Below, in pieces: positions 1 through 10,031 of a stretch of DNA of 32,675 nucleotides (positions are counted from its first letter, which is position 1; each line of letters opens with the position of its first letter). Below the pieces are notes generated by a model, which saw only the letters and a list, made by a program, of their open reading frames with translations, ran no database searches and had not been told where the DNA came from. A program made the position numbers and the translations under genes. Source of the stretch: a virus (Duplodnaviria; Caudoviricetes); the IMG/VR virus record IMGVR_UViG_3300043400_000063, positions 1 to 32,675 of that record; one strand, given 5' to 3'.

Positions 1-14
1 TTTCGAGGATGGTT
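1..14. other. Window starts inside a phage gene; no left boundary of the element is visible
   Basis: Frame 2 is open from the window edge into ORF 56..466. Confidence 0.6.
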
Positions 15-466
15 TATACAACACCCAATTATTACGTCGTCAGCAAGATGGCAAAGTGTTTAGTTCCCGATTTGGAGGTAAAACCAAATCAGGCTTGGTA
101 AAAGATACCAGTCATTTTATGGTAGCCGAAAACGGACCTGAAATGATTATAGATAACAAAGCTTGGACACAAATGAACCCTAATCTTAAAGATGCTTTGA
201 TTCGAGAAATACAAAGCATCAAAGGTTTTGAAAATGGCTATTATAAAAACGATACGCTTTATACTGGTGATGCGAATGGAGCCAGTCAAGAAAACGCTTT
301 ATACCCAATGATGTTGGCCATGTTATCCGAAAACGTGGCGCTGTTGCAGTATTTCAAAGACAATGGGCTTATAGCCTATGTCAGTAACAAGGACATGAAC
401 TCAATGCGAAAACTCAAAGAAGGATTAGACAAATACCAATCCATAAAAACCGAAAACCGTAAATAA
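2..466 (+). CDS. C-terminal part of probable tail tape measure protein (5'-truncated)
   Basis: Open from the edge (FEDGLYNTQLLRRQQDGK...). The VAENGPEMII motif resembles the GExGPE motif of tape-measure C-termini. Directly precedes tail genes. Confidence 0.6.
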   Translation, partial: FEDGLYNTQLLRRQQDGKVFSSRFGGKTKSGLVKDTSHFMVAENGPEMIIDNKAWTQMNPNLKDALIREIQSIKGFENGYYKNDTLYTGDANGASQENALYPMMLAMLSENVALLQYFKDNGLIAYVSNKDMNSMRKLKEGLDKYQSIKTENRK

Positions 467-467
467 A

Positions 468-2348
468 ATGAACTATACTACTCCATACAACGACATAGAT
501 TTCTTTTACACCAAAGAGGTAGACGAAATTATTTTCAACTCCAATAATCAAAACACCTACTTCGAATTACAGGTGCAAATACAAACGTTTGACTTCTATA
601 CTGATTTACCAACGTTTACATATTTGGTATATAAAATTCCACTTTTTCAACAAAGAGCTTCTTTTTTGTTGGGCGAAGTCATAGACCGAAACATGCCACG
701 TATAAAAGCAATCAACATGAGAAGTTTGTTTCAATACAAAGCGGCCTTGGTTACGCTTACTTTCAGAGAAATTGACAACGCTACCGAAACTTTAATTAGT
801 GAAACTATTCAAGGCCCAATTAAATTTATTTCAGGCTATAAACCTGATGTAGTGCAAAATAATTGCGCCTTTTTGGAAATGTACCAACTGCCAAGTTCGG
901 TAACTGCCAAAGGCTATGCTTTTTTTAATGTCATTCTTCCTGTAGGTACACATAATTTTGGAGTCAAGAAAAACCAAACCCTTGTTGATTCTTTCGCTAT
1001 CACTGTAGTATCTGGAAATATTTGCTCCAAATTCTTAAAGCTAGAAAACTACAACGCTACAATGGGGGATGTTATAGAAGTCGTAATGCCTTCCAATCCG
1101 TTATTGAGTAAAAAATTCATTGTGTTGCCCGATGGAAATTTCAGTAATTATATTGCGTTCGAGGATGAATACCGTTTACGTACCACGATGGAATTCAAAG
1201 GCGATTATTCTTTTCCAATCGAGTATGAAATGCGCACCAACAAAGTGCAAAAAGGAGTGGTTTTCAATACGCAAAAGGTCTCTTCAGAAAAAACAACTTC
1301 TTTAATAATCAATACCGGATTTGTGTTGCAGCAAGAAGAAATCACAATCGAAAGCCTTTTTGACTCATTGAAAGCATGGTTAATTATCGGAGAAAACAAA
1401 GGAATTGAGTTAGTGCCAATCGGTAAAAAGCTAGTAGGCAAAGACCCGAAAAGAGCGTATTACGAATACGATATTGAGTTTCGTCTCAATTTAGAAAGTA
1501 AAAAACCGTTGCTTCTAAATCTAAATGCGCCGTTGCAAATCGTAGAATCAGACGACATTCCACCATCACAGCCTACTAATTTAGCCGCTTCAAAAACCAC
1601 CACTACAAGCACCAATTTAGAGTGGACTCCTTCTATAGATGTATCAGGAATTGCAGGCTATGACGTTTTTATGAATGGCGTGTTCTTGGCTTCTAGTGTG
1701 GCACCTACGTTTGTAGTCACTAATTTGTCCATTAGTACTACTTATGCATTTTATGTGATAGCCAAAGATATTTATGGCAATAGATCAATTGCAAGTAATA
1801 CCGTAAATGTAACTACAGCTGCATTTGTTGACATTACACCTCCAAGTCAAATTCAAAATGTAGTGGCCTCTATGATTACCCCAACTTCCATGCGAATTAC
1901 TTGGGACCCATCTATTGACAACGTTGGTGTTTCTATTTATCGCATTTTCTTAAATGGTGTTGGTATTACTACGGGTACTTACCATAATTTTACTGGGTTG
2001 ACTCCTGGAACAACGTATTCAATATATGTTGTGGCAGGGGATGCAGCTGGCAATCTTTCAATACCTAGCGCCACAATTACCCCTACAACTTTGGCACAAT
2101 TACTTCAAGGATTTATAATGTCTTTTATAGGAATGCCTTTGATAAACGATGCATGTAGTATATTTGATAGATTACATGTTAGATACCATGAAGGAACCAG
2201 TGTGTGGCCATCTGTAGGTGATATCATTTATGAAGATAGTTCGGGGTTAACTCCTTTCATTGGCGACAGATTAATATATCCTCTTGGCAACAACAACTGG
2301 ATTCAAATAGATGAGTTTGGAGTAGTAATTTCTCAAGGTTCTTGCTAA
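468..2348 (+). CDS. Tail-associated protein with two fibronectin type III domains
   Basis: 626 aa. Two FN3 repeats (PPSQPTNL...W...Y...LSISTTYAFYVIAKD; PPSQIQNV...W...LTPGTTYSIYVVAGDAAGN). Follows the tape measure gene. Confidence 0.7.
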   Translation: MNYTTPYNDIDFFYTKEVDEIIFNSNNQNTYFELQVQIQTFDFYTDLPTFTYLVYKIPLFQQRASFLLGEVIDRNMPRIKAINMRSLFQYKAALVTLTFREIDNATETLISETIQGPIKFISGYKPDVVQNNCAFLEMYQLPSSVTAKGYAFFNVILPVGTHNFGVKKNQTLVDSFAITVVSGNICSKFLKLENYNATMGDVIEVVMPSNPLLSKKFIVLPDGNFSNYIAFEDEYRLRTTMEFKGDYSFPIEYEMRTNKVQKGVVFNTQKVSSEKTTSLIINTGFVLQQEEITIESLFDSLKAWLIIGENKGIELVPIGKKLVGKDPKRAYYEYDIEFRLNLESKKPLLLNLNAPLQIVESDDIPPSQPTNLAASKTTTTSTNLEWTPSIDVSGIAGYDVFMNGVFLASSVAPTFVVTNLSISTTYAFYVIAKDIYGNRSIASNTVNVTTAAFVDITPPSQIQNVVASMITPTSMRITWDPSIDNVGVSIYRIFLNGVGITTGTYHNFTGLTPGTTYSIYVVAGDAAGNLSIPSATITPTTLAQLLQGFIMSFIGMPLINDACSIFDRLHVRYHEGTSVWPSVGDIIYEDSSGLTPFIGDRLIYPLGNNNWIQIDEFGVVISQGSC

Positions 2349-2375
2349 AATCTATAAAATCAATACTATACTAAA

Positions 2376-4181
2376 ATGCATAAAATAATAGCTGAATTCT
2401 TCGAAATCGATTTGAGTACCGTTGACATTACTACAACGGACGAAAACTCAATGTTTTTAGATAAGTATACTACAAAGTATTCCTTTCCATTTTCTTTAGA
2501 ATTGACCAATGAAAATCAGCGTAATTTTCAGGACTTACTGGATCATTGTTCTAAAGAAGTTACCACCGAGTTTGATATAACCTATGTGTTTGGGAACATA
2601 AAGGAAGCAGGAATTCTGACTGTTGACACATTGAATGAAACAATAAATTGTCAATTGCAATATGGAGTTGATGAGTTTCCAAATTTTAATAAAAAACTCA
2701 ATGAAATAGAACTTCAAAAAGTAACAACAACTGATGTCTATGCTCACGCAAAAACAATAATAGACAAAACATGGCCTGAAGTAAACTATAATTATCCGCA
2801 AATCATTACGGACAGATACGATACCACACAATCAACCTGGGCGTACTTTCAAAAGATATTCAATAACTACAAGAATGGGGACTTTGTTACAAACGAAGTG
2901 GTAAGCGGTACTCCAAATAATCGAAATCTCATGTTACCACTTCCTTACAAAATGCATATCCTGACGCAAGGTTTTGCACAAGCAGGCTATACATTGAAAG
3001 GGGATGTGCTGAATATTGAAACATTAAAAAAGGAAATACTATATGCGGATTGTGATTACAATAAAATTCTAGATCAAATCGATATTAATACGCTTATACT
3101 AGGAACTGACAGGGTAAGTTCTTCAGGGAATAAAGCCGACTATCAAACTTTTGTCACGCTTCCTTCAAAAGGAAGGTATCGTGTTTTGGGAACGGCTTAT
3201 ATTTATGGAAGATGGAAAGAGTTAAGCGCAGTGCTGATTAGATATCGTGGAAGAAGGCTTTTCATTGCTATGAAAACAGAACGCCGACATCATTCAGGAT
3301 ACCTCTATAGCTATAATGTAGATTTTACTTTTGATACAATTAATGACGGTCAACCAGATGAGTTAGAAATTATTAGCTCTCAATTTAAAAAAGATGATGG
3401 ACAAATACTGGATATCAATACCTCTTCCCTATTTCTTTATAATTCTCTTGGGGTAGCTATTCCAAACATTGTTCAAAACGATGATGTTGATTTGAACAGA
3501 GTAGTTCCAGATGTCACTTTTGGAAAATTTGTAACAAGTATTAAAAACACTTATAATCTTGATTTGCGCTTGGAAGGTAAAGATATTTATATGGATTGTG
3601 TAAACTCAAAAATAAACTATGAAGATGCTATAGATTTATCAGAATTTGAAATGTTTTCTGAACGAATCTATAACAAAGGAATTTCATTTTTGCTAAAATA
3701 CCAAGACGCTAACAACGAAATAAACAATCATACAAAAGTGTTTTTTGATGATGATGGTATTAAAACATCAGGGTTTACAGAAAACGAAAAAACAAATCCT
3801 ATCGAAATAGAATCATTTCCTTTAAAAAACGAATTCAAAGAAGGAGTGCAAACCGCTTATGCCGTGGAATCCGAAAAGCAAAAAATGTATACCGTTTTAT
3901 ACGGAGGATTGAATAGCGATGGATTAAACCTAACTGAAGATGTAGGTCCTATTCTTATACCAAACCTAGTAGAGAATTATTATAATGATTGGTTTCGCTT
4001 TAGAATTAATGGTATTGGATACAAGTTTATATTTTCCAGTTATATTGAGCAAATCAAAAATTTGTCTGCTAAAAATAAAATATTCAACTTCGGAAGGTAC
4101 TTCGTAATCAAAACGCTTGTGAAACGACAAATTAAAAAAGACCTTAACGAAGTTGAAATAGATTGCTTTACTTTAAAATAA
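2376..4181 (+). CDS. Probable tail/baseplate structural protein
   Basis: 601 aa. N-terminal ENSMF...YSFPF pattern typical of Bacteroidota phage minor tail proteins. 3' end overlaps the convergent integrase by 9 bp. Confidence 0.55.
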   Translation: MHKIIAEFFEIDLSTVDITTTDENSMFLDKYTTKYSFPFSLELTNENQRNFQDLLDHCSKEVTTEFDITYVFGNIKEAGILTVDTLNETINCQLQYGVDEFPNFNKKLNEIELQKVTTTDVYAHAKTIIDKTWPEVNYNYPQIITDRYDTTQSTWAYFQKIFNNYKNGDFVTNEVVSGTPNNRNLMLPLPYKMHILTQGFAQAGYTLKGDVLNIETLKKEILYADCDYNKILDQIDINTLILGTDRVSSSGNKADYQTFVTLPSKGRYRVLGTAYIYGRWKELSAVLIRYRGRRLFIAMKTERRHHSGYLYSYNVDFTFDTINDGQPDELEIISSQFKKDDGQILDINTSSLFLYNSLGVAIPNIVQNDDVDLNRVVPDVTFGKFVTSIKNTYNLDLRLEGKDIYMDCVNSKINYEDAIDLSEFEMFSERIYNKGISFLLKYQDANNEINNHTKVFFDDDGIKTSGFTENEKTNPIEIESFPLKNEFKEGVQTAYAVESEKQKMYTVLYGGLNSDGLNLTEDVGPILIPNLVENYYNDWFRFRINGIGYKFIFSSYIEQIKNLSAKNKIFNFGRYFVIKTLVKRQIKKDLNEVEIDCFTLK

Positions 4182-5360
4182 GTTGTCAAGTAAAAATATT
4201 TCAGAGTTAGCATCGCTCTGAACTATATGTGCGTAGATCATTGTTTGACTAATCGTTTTATGACCTAAAAGCAATTGTAGCTTTTCTACTTGTCCACCAG
4301 CTCGCAAAAAAGAAGTTGCGAAAGTATGGCGCGCTACGTGAAAGCTTACTTTTTTGTTGATTTTTAATCTCAGCATTATTTTCTTCAACTCATCATTGAT
4401 GTGTTGGTCTGCAAATTTCTTTTCAAATAATAAAGGCTCGTGCGCAATAATCGCAAGGGCTTTTTTATTTAAAGCAATGCTTTGTGTTTTTCTAGTTTTT
4501 TGAGCAACAAAAGAAACAAATTCATCTTGAAAGTAAGAGCGTTTCAATTTTTGTACATCCGAAATTCGTAATCCAGTCATACAACTAAATAAAAAATAAC
4601 CAAGTATCAGGCGGCTTGATGGGTCAATATAATCAGAATGATAGTAACCAAAACACCTTTTTAATTCAGATGGATTTAAACTGGTTCTGTTTCCCTTGGT
4701 GCTTCCCACCTTTATTTCATCAACATTCAAAGCCAATTGAATGCCTTGTTTTTTAGCTAATCCAAGAAATTTTTTCACAGCCGCCAAATTCCCTGCTACT
4801 GTTGTCGCTTCATTGCCTAATCCACGCAAATGTTTTTTAAATTTATCAATCCAATTTAAATTGATATCCTGAAACGTTACGTCATCGTCATAGGCTTTCA
4901 ACTTCTTCCACACCGATTTATATCTATTATAAGAAGAGCGTTGCATCATTACCTTTTCTTCCTCCAACATCATTTCATAGAAAGCCGTAAACCGAATCCG
5001 AGGCATGCCGTTTAAGAATTCATTTTTCAATTGCTCAATAGTCAAAACGCGATCCGCTAACCGATAAGATGTTTTAATTTTTGTGAGTTTAGAAACGATA
5101 TTGTCTAAGATTAAATTGGTGTCGATATTCTCCTGAGATATCGGTTTTAATCGTTGCTTTTCTTTATCCCACTGTTCAATATAAACATCGAGATCGAGAT
5201 TAATGCGTTCTTTTTTTGAATTAGAACGAAGTGTGAGAATAAGCGGAGTCTTTCCGTTTGATTTTTTGTATTCTCTAAAAGTGAAAGATTCTTTCATTGG
5301 CACGGTAAATTTAGTCGTGGCCAATAGCGTGTCCATTTTGGATTGATAAAGGGTTAACAT
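4173..5360 (-). CDS. int: Site-specific tyrosine integrase
   Basis: 395 aa. Catalytic motifs TGLRISD, AQKT, HVARHTFAT, LLGH, TMIY. N-terminal arm-binding-type region. Confidence 0.95.
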   Translation of the reverse strand: MLTLYQSKMDTLLATTKFTVPMKESFTFREYKKSNGKTPLILTLRSNSKKERINLDLDVYIEQWDKEKQRLKPISQENIDTNLILDNIVSKLTKIKTSYRLADRVLTIEQLKNEFLNGMPRIRFTAFYEMMLEEEKVMMQRSSYNRYKSVWKKLKAYDDDVTFQDINLNWIDKFKKHLRGLGNEATTVAGNLAAVKKFLGLAKKQGIQLALNVDEIKVGSTKGNRTSLNPSELKRCFGYYHSDYIDPSSRLILGYFLFSCMTGLRISDVQKLKRSYFQDEFVSFVAQKTRKTQSIALNKKALAIIAHEPLLFEKKFADQHINDELKKIMLRLKINKKVSFHVARHTFATSFLRAGGQVEKLQLLLGHKTISQTMIYAHIVQSDANSEIFLLDNLF

Positions 5361-5540
5361 AGGCTTGTAGTAAAAAAGTTAAAAACAAAAAAAAGCGCAC
5401 TATACTTGACTTTACAGTCTGTATGTGCACTTTAGTTTTTAGCTTAAAAAGCCATTTGTGAACGCAGAAGGAACCCGAGAATCACACTAAAAGCGCACTA
5501 TTGTTGAGTTTGTTTTTTAATCGTGGCTTTTTCGTGCCAA
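5297..5540. repeat. Putative integrase arm/accessory binding sites around attP
   Basis: CGTGGCCA (5316), CGTGTCCA (5328), CGTGGCTT (5522), CGTGCCAA (5533), inverted TTGGCACG (5297). 13-bp direct repeat AAAAGCGCACTAT at 5391 and 5489. Confidence 0.55.
5457..5472 (-). other. Putative attP core (copy of a tRNA 3' end, probably tRNA-Arg)
   Basis: Minus strand reads TCCTTCTGCGTTCACA, matching the 3' T-arm/acceptor end of Flavobacterium tRNA-Arg(UCU) as I recall it. The match stops at the T-loop. Lies between int and the repressor. Confidence 0.7.
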
Positions 5541-5840
5541 ATGTTCCCTTATTTGTCCTATTCTGATTTGCATTTGACTCAATTCATAGTCAACGTTCAT
5601 ATAGCCATCCATAGGAGGTTCTTGAAAAGTCATTGGTTCTTGTTCTGTGTCCGAAAAAATATCTTCTAGGTTGATATCTGGAAAGTTCTTTTTTAGATTT
5701 GAAATGACTGTACTACTCATTCGGTCTACACCACGCAAGTATTTACTAACTTGATTCTCGCTACAACCCAGTATTGTAGCCACTTCCTTCTGTTTTAAAC
5801 CCTTAGATTTAAAAAAACCTTTTAGTTTTTCGTGATACAT
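5517..5840 (-). CDS. XRE-family HTH protein, probable CI-like repressor
   Basis: KGLKQKEVATILGCSENQVSKYLRG HTH. Divergent from the early operon. No S24 peptidase domain. Confidence 0.85.
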   Translation of the reverse strand: MYHEKLKGFFKSKGLKQKEVATILGCSENQVSKYLRGVDRMSSTVISNLKKNFPDINLEDIFSDTEQEPMTFQEPPMDGYMNVDYELSQMQIRIGQIREHLARKSHD

Positions 5841-5919
5841 AATTATTTATATTGATTATAAATTATCGTGTTGGTTTATTTTTTCTTCAAAAAATAATCC
5901 TACGGTTTATTTTTATTTC

Positions 5920-5927
5920 TATTTTTG
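5920..5927 (+). promoter_or_regulatory. Putative early promoter -7 element
   Basis: TATTTTTG fits the Bacteroidota TAnnTTTG consensus, just upstream of ORF 5944. Confidence 0.5.
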
Positions 5928-5943
5928 TGTCAGAAATAAAAAG

Positions 5944-6219
5944 ATGATGACAAAAATAAACAAAAAAAATCAACCAAAAGATATGCATACGCATACGGCA
6001 AAAGCCTATGCTATTGTCGATCAGTTTTTGCCAAATGTCTACGTAGGACTTGTTCAAGAAAAGTTTGAGAAAAAGTTCAAGACACAAGTCTCTTCGTCTG
6101 TCATTCGAAACGTAAAAAACAAAACCAATTATAGAAATGATATTCTCCTAGTGTTAGTCGAAGTAGCACTAGAAAACAAAAAGAATATCCAACAAATTAA
6201 CAATCTAATAAATCAATAA
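5944..6219 (+). CDS. Small basic protein, possible Cro-like regulator
   Basis: First gene divergent from the repressor. VSSSVIRNVKN helix. Start may be 5983. Confidence 0.5.
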   Translation: MMTKINKKNQPKDMHTHTAKAYAIVDQFLPNVYVGLVQEKFEKKFKTQVSSSVIRNVKNKTNYRNDILLVLVEVALENKKNIQQINNLINQ

Positions 6220-6221
6220 CC

Positions 6222-6794
6222 ATGACATCAATGACCACATCAAATCTATTCCCTGGAATGGGATGCGATGCTACTGAATTTTTGGTAGTAAACGAAGAAT
6301 TAAAATTCTTGAACAAAGGCAAAATACTTCCATTTTGCGAATTATCCTCTGAAATCATTAGTGTACTTGAAAACGCCATAAATAATGATATTCAGGTAAA
6401 ACTAGAGCTTCACGATTGGTTCCCTAACTCCAAAATGAAACGCACAGAGCAATTTGCTAAATGTCGCTTTGGCGGACTTGACTTTAAGGCAGATGTTTTC
6501 GAAGGTAAACTACAAGAAGGAGAATACTGGGCTTGTCCAAACCGCGGCAACTGCCCATCGGAAGGGATATTATGCAAGATGCCTCATATAAATGGTCAGC
6601 GATTGACCAAAAAAGAGGTAGACATGATCCAAATGCTTTGTACCGACGCTACCAATGAGTACATCGCTTACGAATTGGACTTGCCAATGGGTTCCTTTCA
6701 CAAATTCAAACAAAACCTATATCAAAAACTCAAAGTGCAAACCAAGCAAGAGATTGTGCGCATTGCCTTTCAGTTGAATCTTATTCAGTTGTAA
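6222..6794 (+). CDS. Regulator with Cys cluster and C-terminal LuxR-type HTH
   Basis: CPNRGNC..C followed by LTKKEVDMIQML...TNEYIAYEL...QNLYQKLKVQTKQEIVRIA. Confidence 0.8.
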   Translation: MTSMTTSNLFPGMGCDATEFLVVNEELKFLNKGKILPFCELSSEIISVLENAINNDIQVKLELHDWFPNSKMKRTEQFAKCRFGGLDFKADVFEGKLQEGEYWACPNRGNCPSEGILCKMPHINGQRLTKKEVDMIQMLCTDATNEYIAYELDLPMGSFHKFKQNLYQKLKVQTKQEIVRIAFQLNLIQL

Positions 6795-6843
6795 AACTGA
6801 TACTACGTTCTTACCTATACTCGTATGTGCACCATACGCTACT

Positions 6844-6870
6844 AAACCACTCCTAGTGGGTGGTTTTTTT
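6844..6870 (+). terminator. Intrinsic terminator
   Basis: AAACCACTC-ctagt-GGGTGGTTT plus T tract. Confidence 0.6.
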
Positions 6871-6892
6871 ATCCGATAACCATAAAATAAAG

Positions 6893-7150
6893 ATGATGTC
6901 AGACGAATTATTGCAACATAAAATCGATTTGTTACAAGAGCAAATCGACAACCTAGAAAGATCAGGATTTTTTACAGAAAAAGAAATGGACAACGCCGTT
7001 CGCTCTTTGAGAGTAGAACTCGAAACCTACAAACTATCTAAAGCCTTCTCTAATTTCAAAAAAGCATTGAATAGTGCCAATGAAAATTTTTCTACGATGC
7101 AAACCAAAGTCAATAACCTAATTGTAAACCAACCACAACACATAAGATAA
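6893..7150 (+). CDS. Hypothetical coiled-coil protein
   Basis: ATG at 6893 after an A-rich leader. Stop overlaps the primase ATG (TAATG). Confidence 0.65.
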   Translation: MMSDELLQHKIDLLQEQIDNLERSGFFTEKEMDNAVRSLRVELETYKLSKAFSNFKKALNSANENFSTMQTKVNNLIVNQPQHIR

Positions 7151-10020
7151 TGAGCTACGTAAAAGAACAAGACATATTTGATGCAACCAACGGAGGTCTA
7201 GACATTATCTTATCGTATTATCCCAATGCAAACAAGGTTATCTCTAAAGTAGCTAAACAATTCAAACTAAGAGAATCAGAAAAAACAGCTTCGGCTTCTT
7301 TAAAATTATTGGCAAACGGTGTTTGGGTGGTAACTGATTTTGGTGGTGACCAAAAATCAAGAAATGGAATACAAGTATGTGCTTTAGAAGAAAGCATTTC
7401 GCACGGTGAAGCCTGTGCTCTTTTGGGGGCTCGTTTCCAAATCAAAGGAGCGGAATTGCAAGTAGTAAAACCAATCATCGAAAGAAGAAGTTTAAAAGCA
7501 GATGAAACACCAGGTACTTACCATTTCGCTTTTAAAGATTTTACACCAAAAGAATTGGCTTTGTTAGGGCCACGTGTAAACGAAAAAATATGTCAGGAAT
7601 ACCAATTGCATTCTTGCGCCTCGTTTTCTTATTGTAAGGAAAACGAAACCATTACCACAACATCCACAGAGGAATACCCAATTTTTGTTTTTGACTTTGG
7701 CACTTGGCAGAAAATCTACCAACCCAATTCCTTCGAAAAACAATTCCGTTTTCGTTACGCTGGAGCCAAACCAAAACGCCACGTTTTTGGATTGAAACAA
7801 ATTGAAGAAGAATACAAAAAACTGAAAGCAGCTTACGAAGAGCACTTTAGTATTGACGATTTAGAGGATGAGGAAAAGGATAGCAAAAAGAAAAAAGACT
7901 ACAAGTTAGATGCTGTTTTTGTGGTAAGCGGTGGTTCTGACGGCTTGAACCTACGAAGCTTTAATAAGTTTCCAATTTGGTTCAATTCTGAAAGCGAGCA
8001 TTTGACATTTGATGATTTAAAAAAATTAAAAGAATGGGCAAAAGAAGTGTATTACGTAGCCGATTTAGACAATACAGGTATCAAGCAAGCGGTAGAACTT
8101 GGTTTGAAATATTTAGATATAAAACTGCTTTGGTTACCCGAAAAGCTAAAGGAGTTTAGAGACAAACGCGGAAATCCTTGCAAAGATTTTAAGGACTATG
8201 TAGAGAAGTTTTATAACAAAGACTACTCTAGCGCCTTTACCAATGCGCTAGACAAATTGATCGCTAACGCTCTGCCTTTTCAGTTTTGGACAGAGTATTT
8301 CAGTAACAAAAAAATGAACTACAACCTTTCCAATACCAGACTCTATCACTTTTTGGCACACATGGGATTTGGGAGATATGAAGATCCAAACATAAAAGAA
8401 GGCTTTGTGTACATTAAGAAAGAAGGCAGTATAGTAAAGGTGTTGCACCCTTATGAAATTGAAAATTACGTGCATCAATTTTTACAAGACCGTCAGATGA
8501 ATCCAGACCTTCGGGATTACATATACAAAAGCAACCAATTAGGGGAACGTTCTTTATCAAAGTTGCCAAAAGTAAGTGTCGATTTCACAAGAGCGGATCG
8601 CCACACGCAGTACTTATTCTTTAGCAAAAAAGTATGGAAAATAACAGGTAGCGAAATCAAAGAGTTCAAGCAAGGCGAAGTCGACAATTATGTTTGGGAA
8701 GATAAAGTGATTGATTTCAATGTCAAAAAAGAAGAAATGCCACAATTCAAAATAAGCACCGATGCCGAAGGGAATTATGATGTTGAAGTCTTGAAAAAAG
8801 ACAATCCGTTCTTTAACTATATAATCAATGCTTCTCGTGTACACTGGAGAAAAGAACTAGAGGAATCCTTTGAGAACAGACCAGAAATAGAAGCCGAAAC
8901 CTATTTTAAAAAAAATCAGTTCAACATAGCAGGAACCCGATTAACAGAAGACGAAGTGTATGAGCAAAAGATGCATTTGATTAACAAAATCTATTCCATT
9001 GGATACCTCCTGCACACCTACAAAGATGATAGTAGACCGTGGTGTTTGTTTGTCATGGACAACAAAATATCCGAAACTGGAGAAAGTCACGGAGGTTCTG
9101 GAAAGTCAGTTGGTTTTGGAAATATGAATCACATCCTAAAGCGTAGGTTCTACATCAAAGGACGTGACCCCAAGGTGACCCAAAACGATTTTATCTACCA
9201 CGGAGTAACTGAAGATACCGACTTTATTTTGATTGATGATGCCAATCAGTATTTGGATTTTGGTTTTTTCTACTCCGAGATTACAGGTTCTTTGAAAGTG
9301 AATCCCAAGAACGGCCAACCGTATGAGATTCCGTTTGCCAAGTCGCCCAAGTTTGTGATCACCTCAAACTTTACTATTAAAGATGATGGGCCATCAACCG
9401 CCAGACGTTTGTTGTTTTGTTCCTTTTCGGACTATTACCACGAAAACAAGGACGGTGAATACAAACAGAGCCGTAATATCTCAGATGATTTTGGAGGACG
9501 CAATTTGTTTCGAGATTTTACCGAAGCCGAATGGAACACCTTTTACAACTTTTGCGCACAGTGCATTCAGTTTTATTTGTCGCATCCGGGCAAAATCAAC
9601 CCGCCAATGGACAATGTAACCAAACGGAGCTTGCGTGCCGAAATGGGAGAAGCTTTTGAAGGTTGGGCGGATTCCTTCTTTGCTAACAAAGAAACGGACG
9701 AAATGGGTAATGAAGTGGACGAATTCAAGTATCTGGACAAATACTTCTCCAAAGAAGAAGCTTTTGATGAGTTCATGAAAACCACCAAGCAAGGCAAATG
9801 GAGTACCAATAAATTCAAGAAAGCCATGAAAGCCTACTGCCAATTGAACGGATTTATTTTGAACCCCAAAGATTTGAACGGTGCCAATGGTCGAATTACC
9901 AAAAGCATCAAAGGAAAAACACAAGAAGTGTTTTACATCAGAACCATAGAACAAACCATTCCTACCATCACGGGTGATGTAACGGAATACAACAACGAAG
10001 AAGATATTTTTAAATCATAA
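7150..10020 (+). CDS. Primase-helicase (TOPRIM plus C-terminal P-loop NTPase)
   Basis: 956 aa. TOPRIM motifs VFVVSGGSDG and YVADLDNTG. Walker A GGSGKS, Walker B ILIDDA, sensor ITSNF. Confidence 0.85.
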   Translation: MSYVKEQDIFDATNGGLDIILSYYPNANKVISKVAKQFKLRESEKTASASLKLLANGVWVVTDFGGDQKSRNGIQVCALEESISHGEACALLGARFQIKGAELQVVKPIIERRSLKADETPGTYHFAFKDFTPKELALLGPRVNEKICQEYQLHSCASFSYCKENETITTTSTEEYPIFVFDFGTWQKIYQPNSFEKQFRFRYAGAKPKRHVFGLKQIEEEYKKLKAAYEEHFSIDDLEDEEKDSKKKKDYKLDAVFVVSGGSDGLNLRSFNKFPIWFNSESEHLTFDDLKKLKEWAKEVYYVADLDNTGIKQAVELGLKYLDIKLLWLPEKLKEFRDKRGNPCKDFKDYVEKFYNKDYSSAFTNALDKLIANALPFQFWTEYFSNKKMNYNLSNTRLYHFLAHMGFGRYEDPNIKEGFVYIKKEGSIVKVLHPYEIENYVHQFLQDRQMNPDLRDYIYKSNQLGERSLSKLPKVSVDFTRADRHTQYLFFSKKVWKITGSEIKEFKQGEVDNYVWEDKVIDFNVKKEEMPQFKISTDAEGNYDVEVLKKDNPFFNYIINASRVHWRKELEESFENRPEIEAETYFKKNQFNIAGTRLTEDEVYEQKMHLINKIYSIGYLLHTYKDDSRPWCLFVMDNKISETGESHGGSGKSVGFGNMNHILKRRFYIKGRDPKVTQNDFIYHGVTEDTDFILIDDANQYLDFGFFYSEITGSLKVNPKNGQPYEIPFAKSPKFVITSNFTIKDDGPSTARRLLFCSFSDYYHENKDGEYKQSRNISDDFGGRNLFRDFTEAEWNTFYNFCAQCIQFYLSHPGKINPPMDNVTKRSLRAEMGEAFEGWADSFFANKETDEMGNEVDEFKYLDKYFSKEEAFDEFMKTTKQGKWSTNKFKKAMKAYCQLNGFILNPKDLNGANGRITKSIKGKTQEVFYIRTIEQTIPTITGDVTEYNNEEDIFKS

Positions 10021-10031
10021 AAATCAAGATC

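Noticed and set aside
4173-5360. Integrase as an integron IntI
   Set aside because: It has an arm-binding N-terminus, no evident IntI-specific insertion, its own attP, and lies over 7 kb from the array. A role in trans is not excluded.
5440-5540. Complete tRNA gene
   Set aside because: Only 16 nt of a 3' end; no TTCG loop, anticodon arm or D arm
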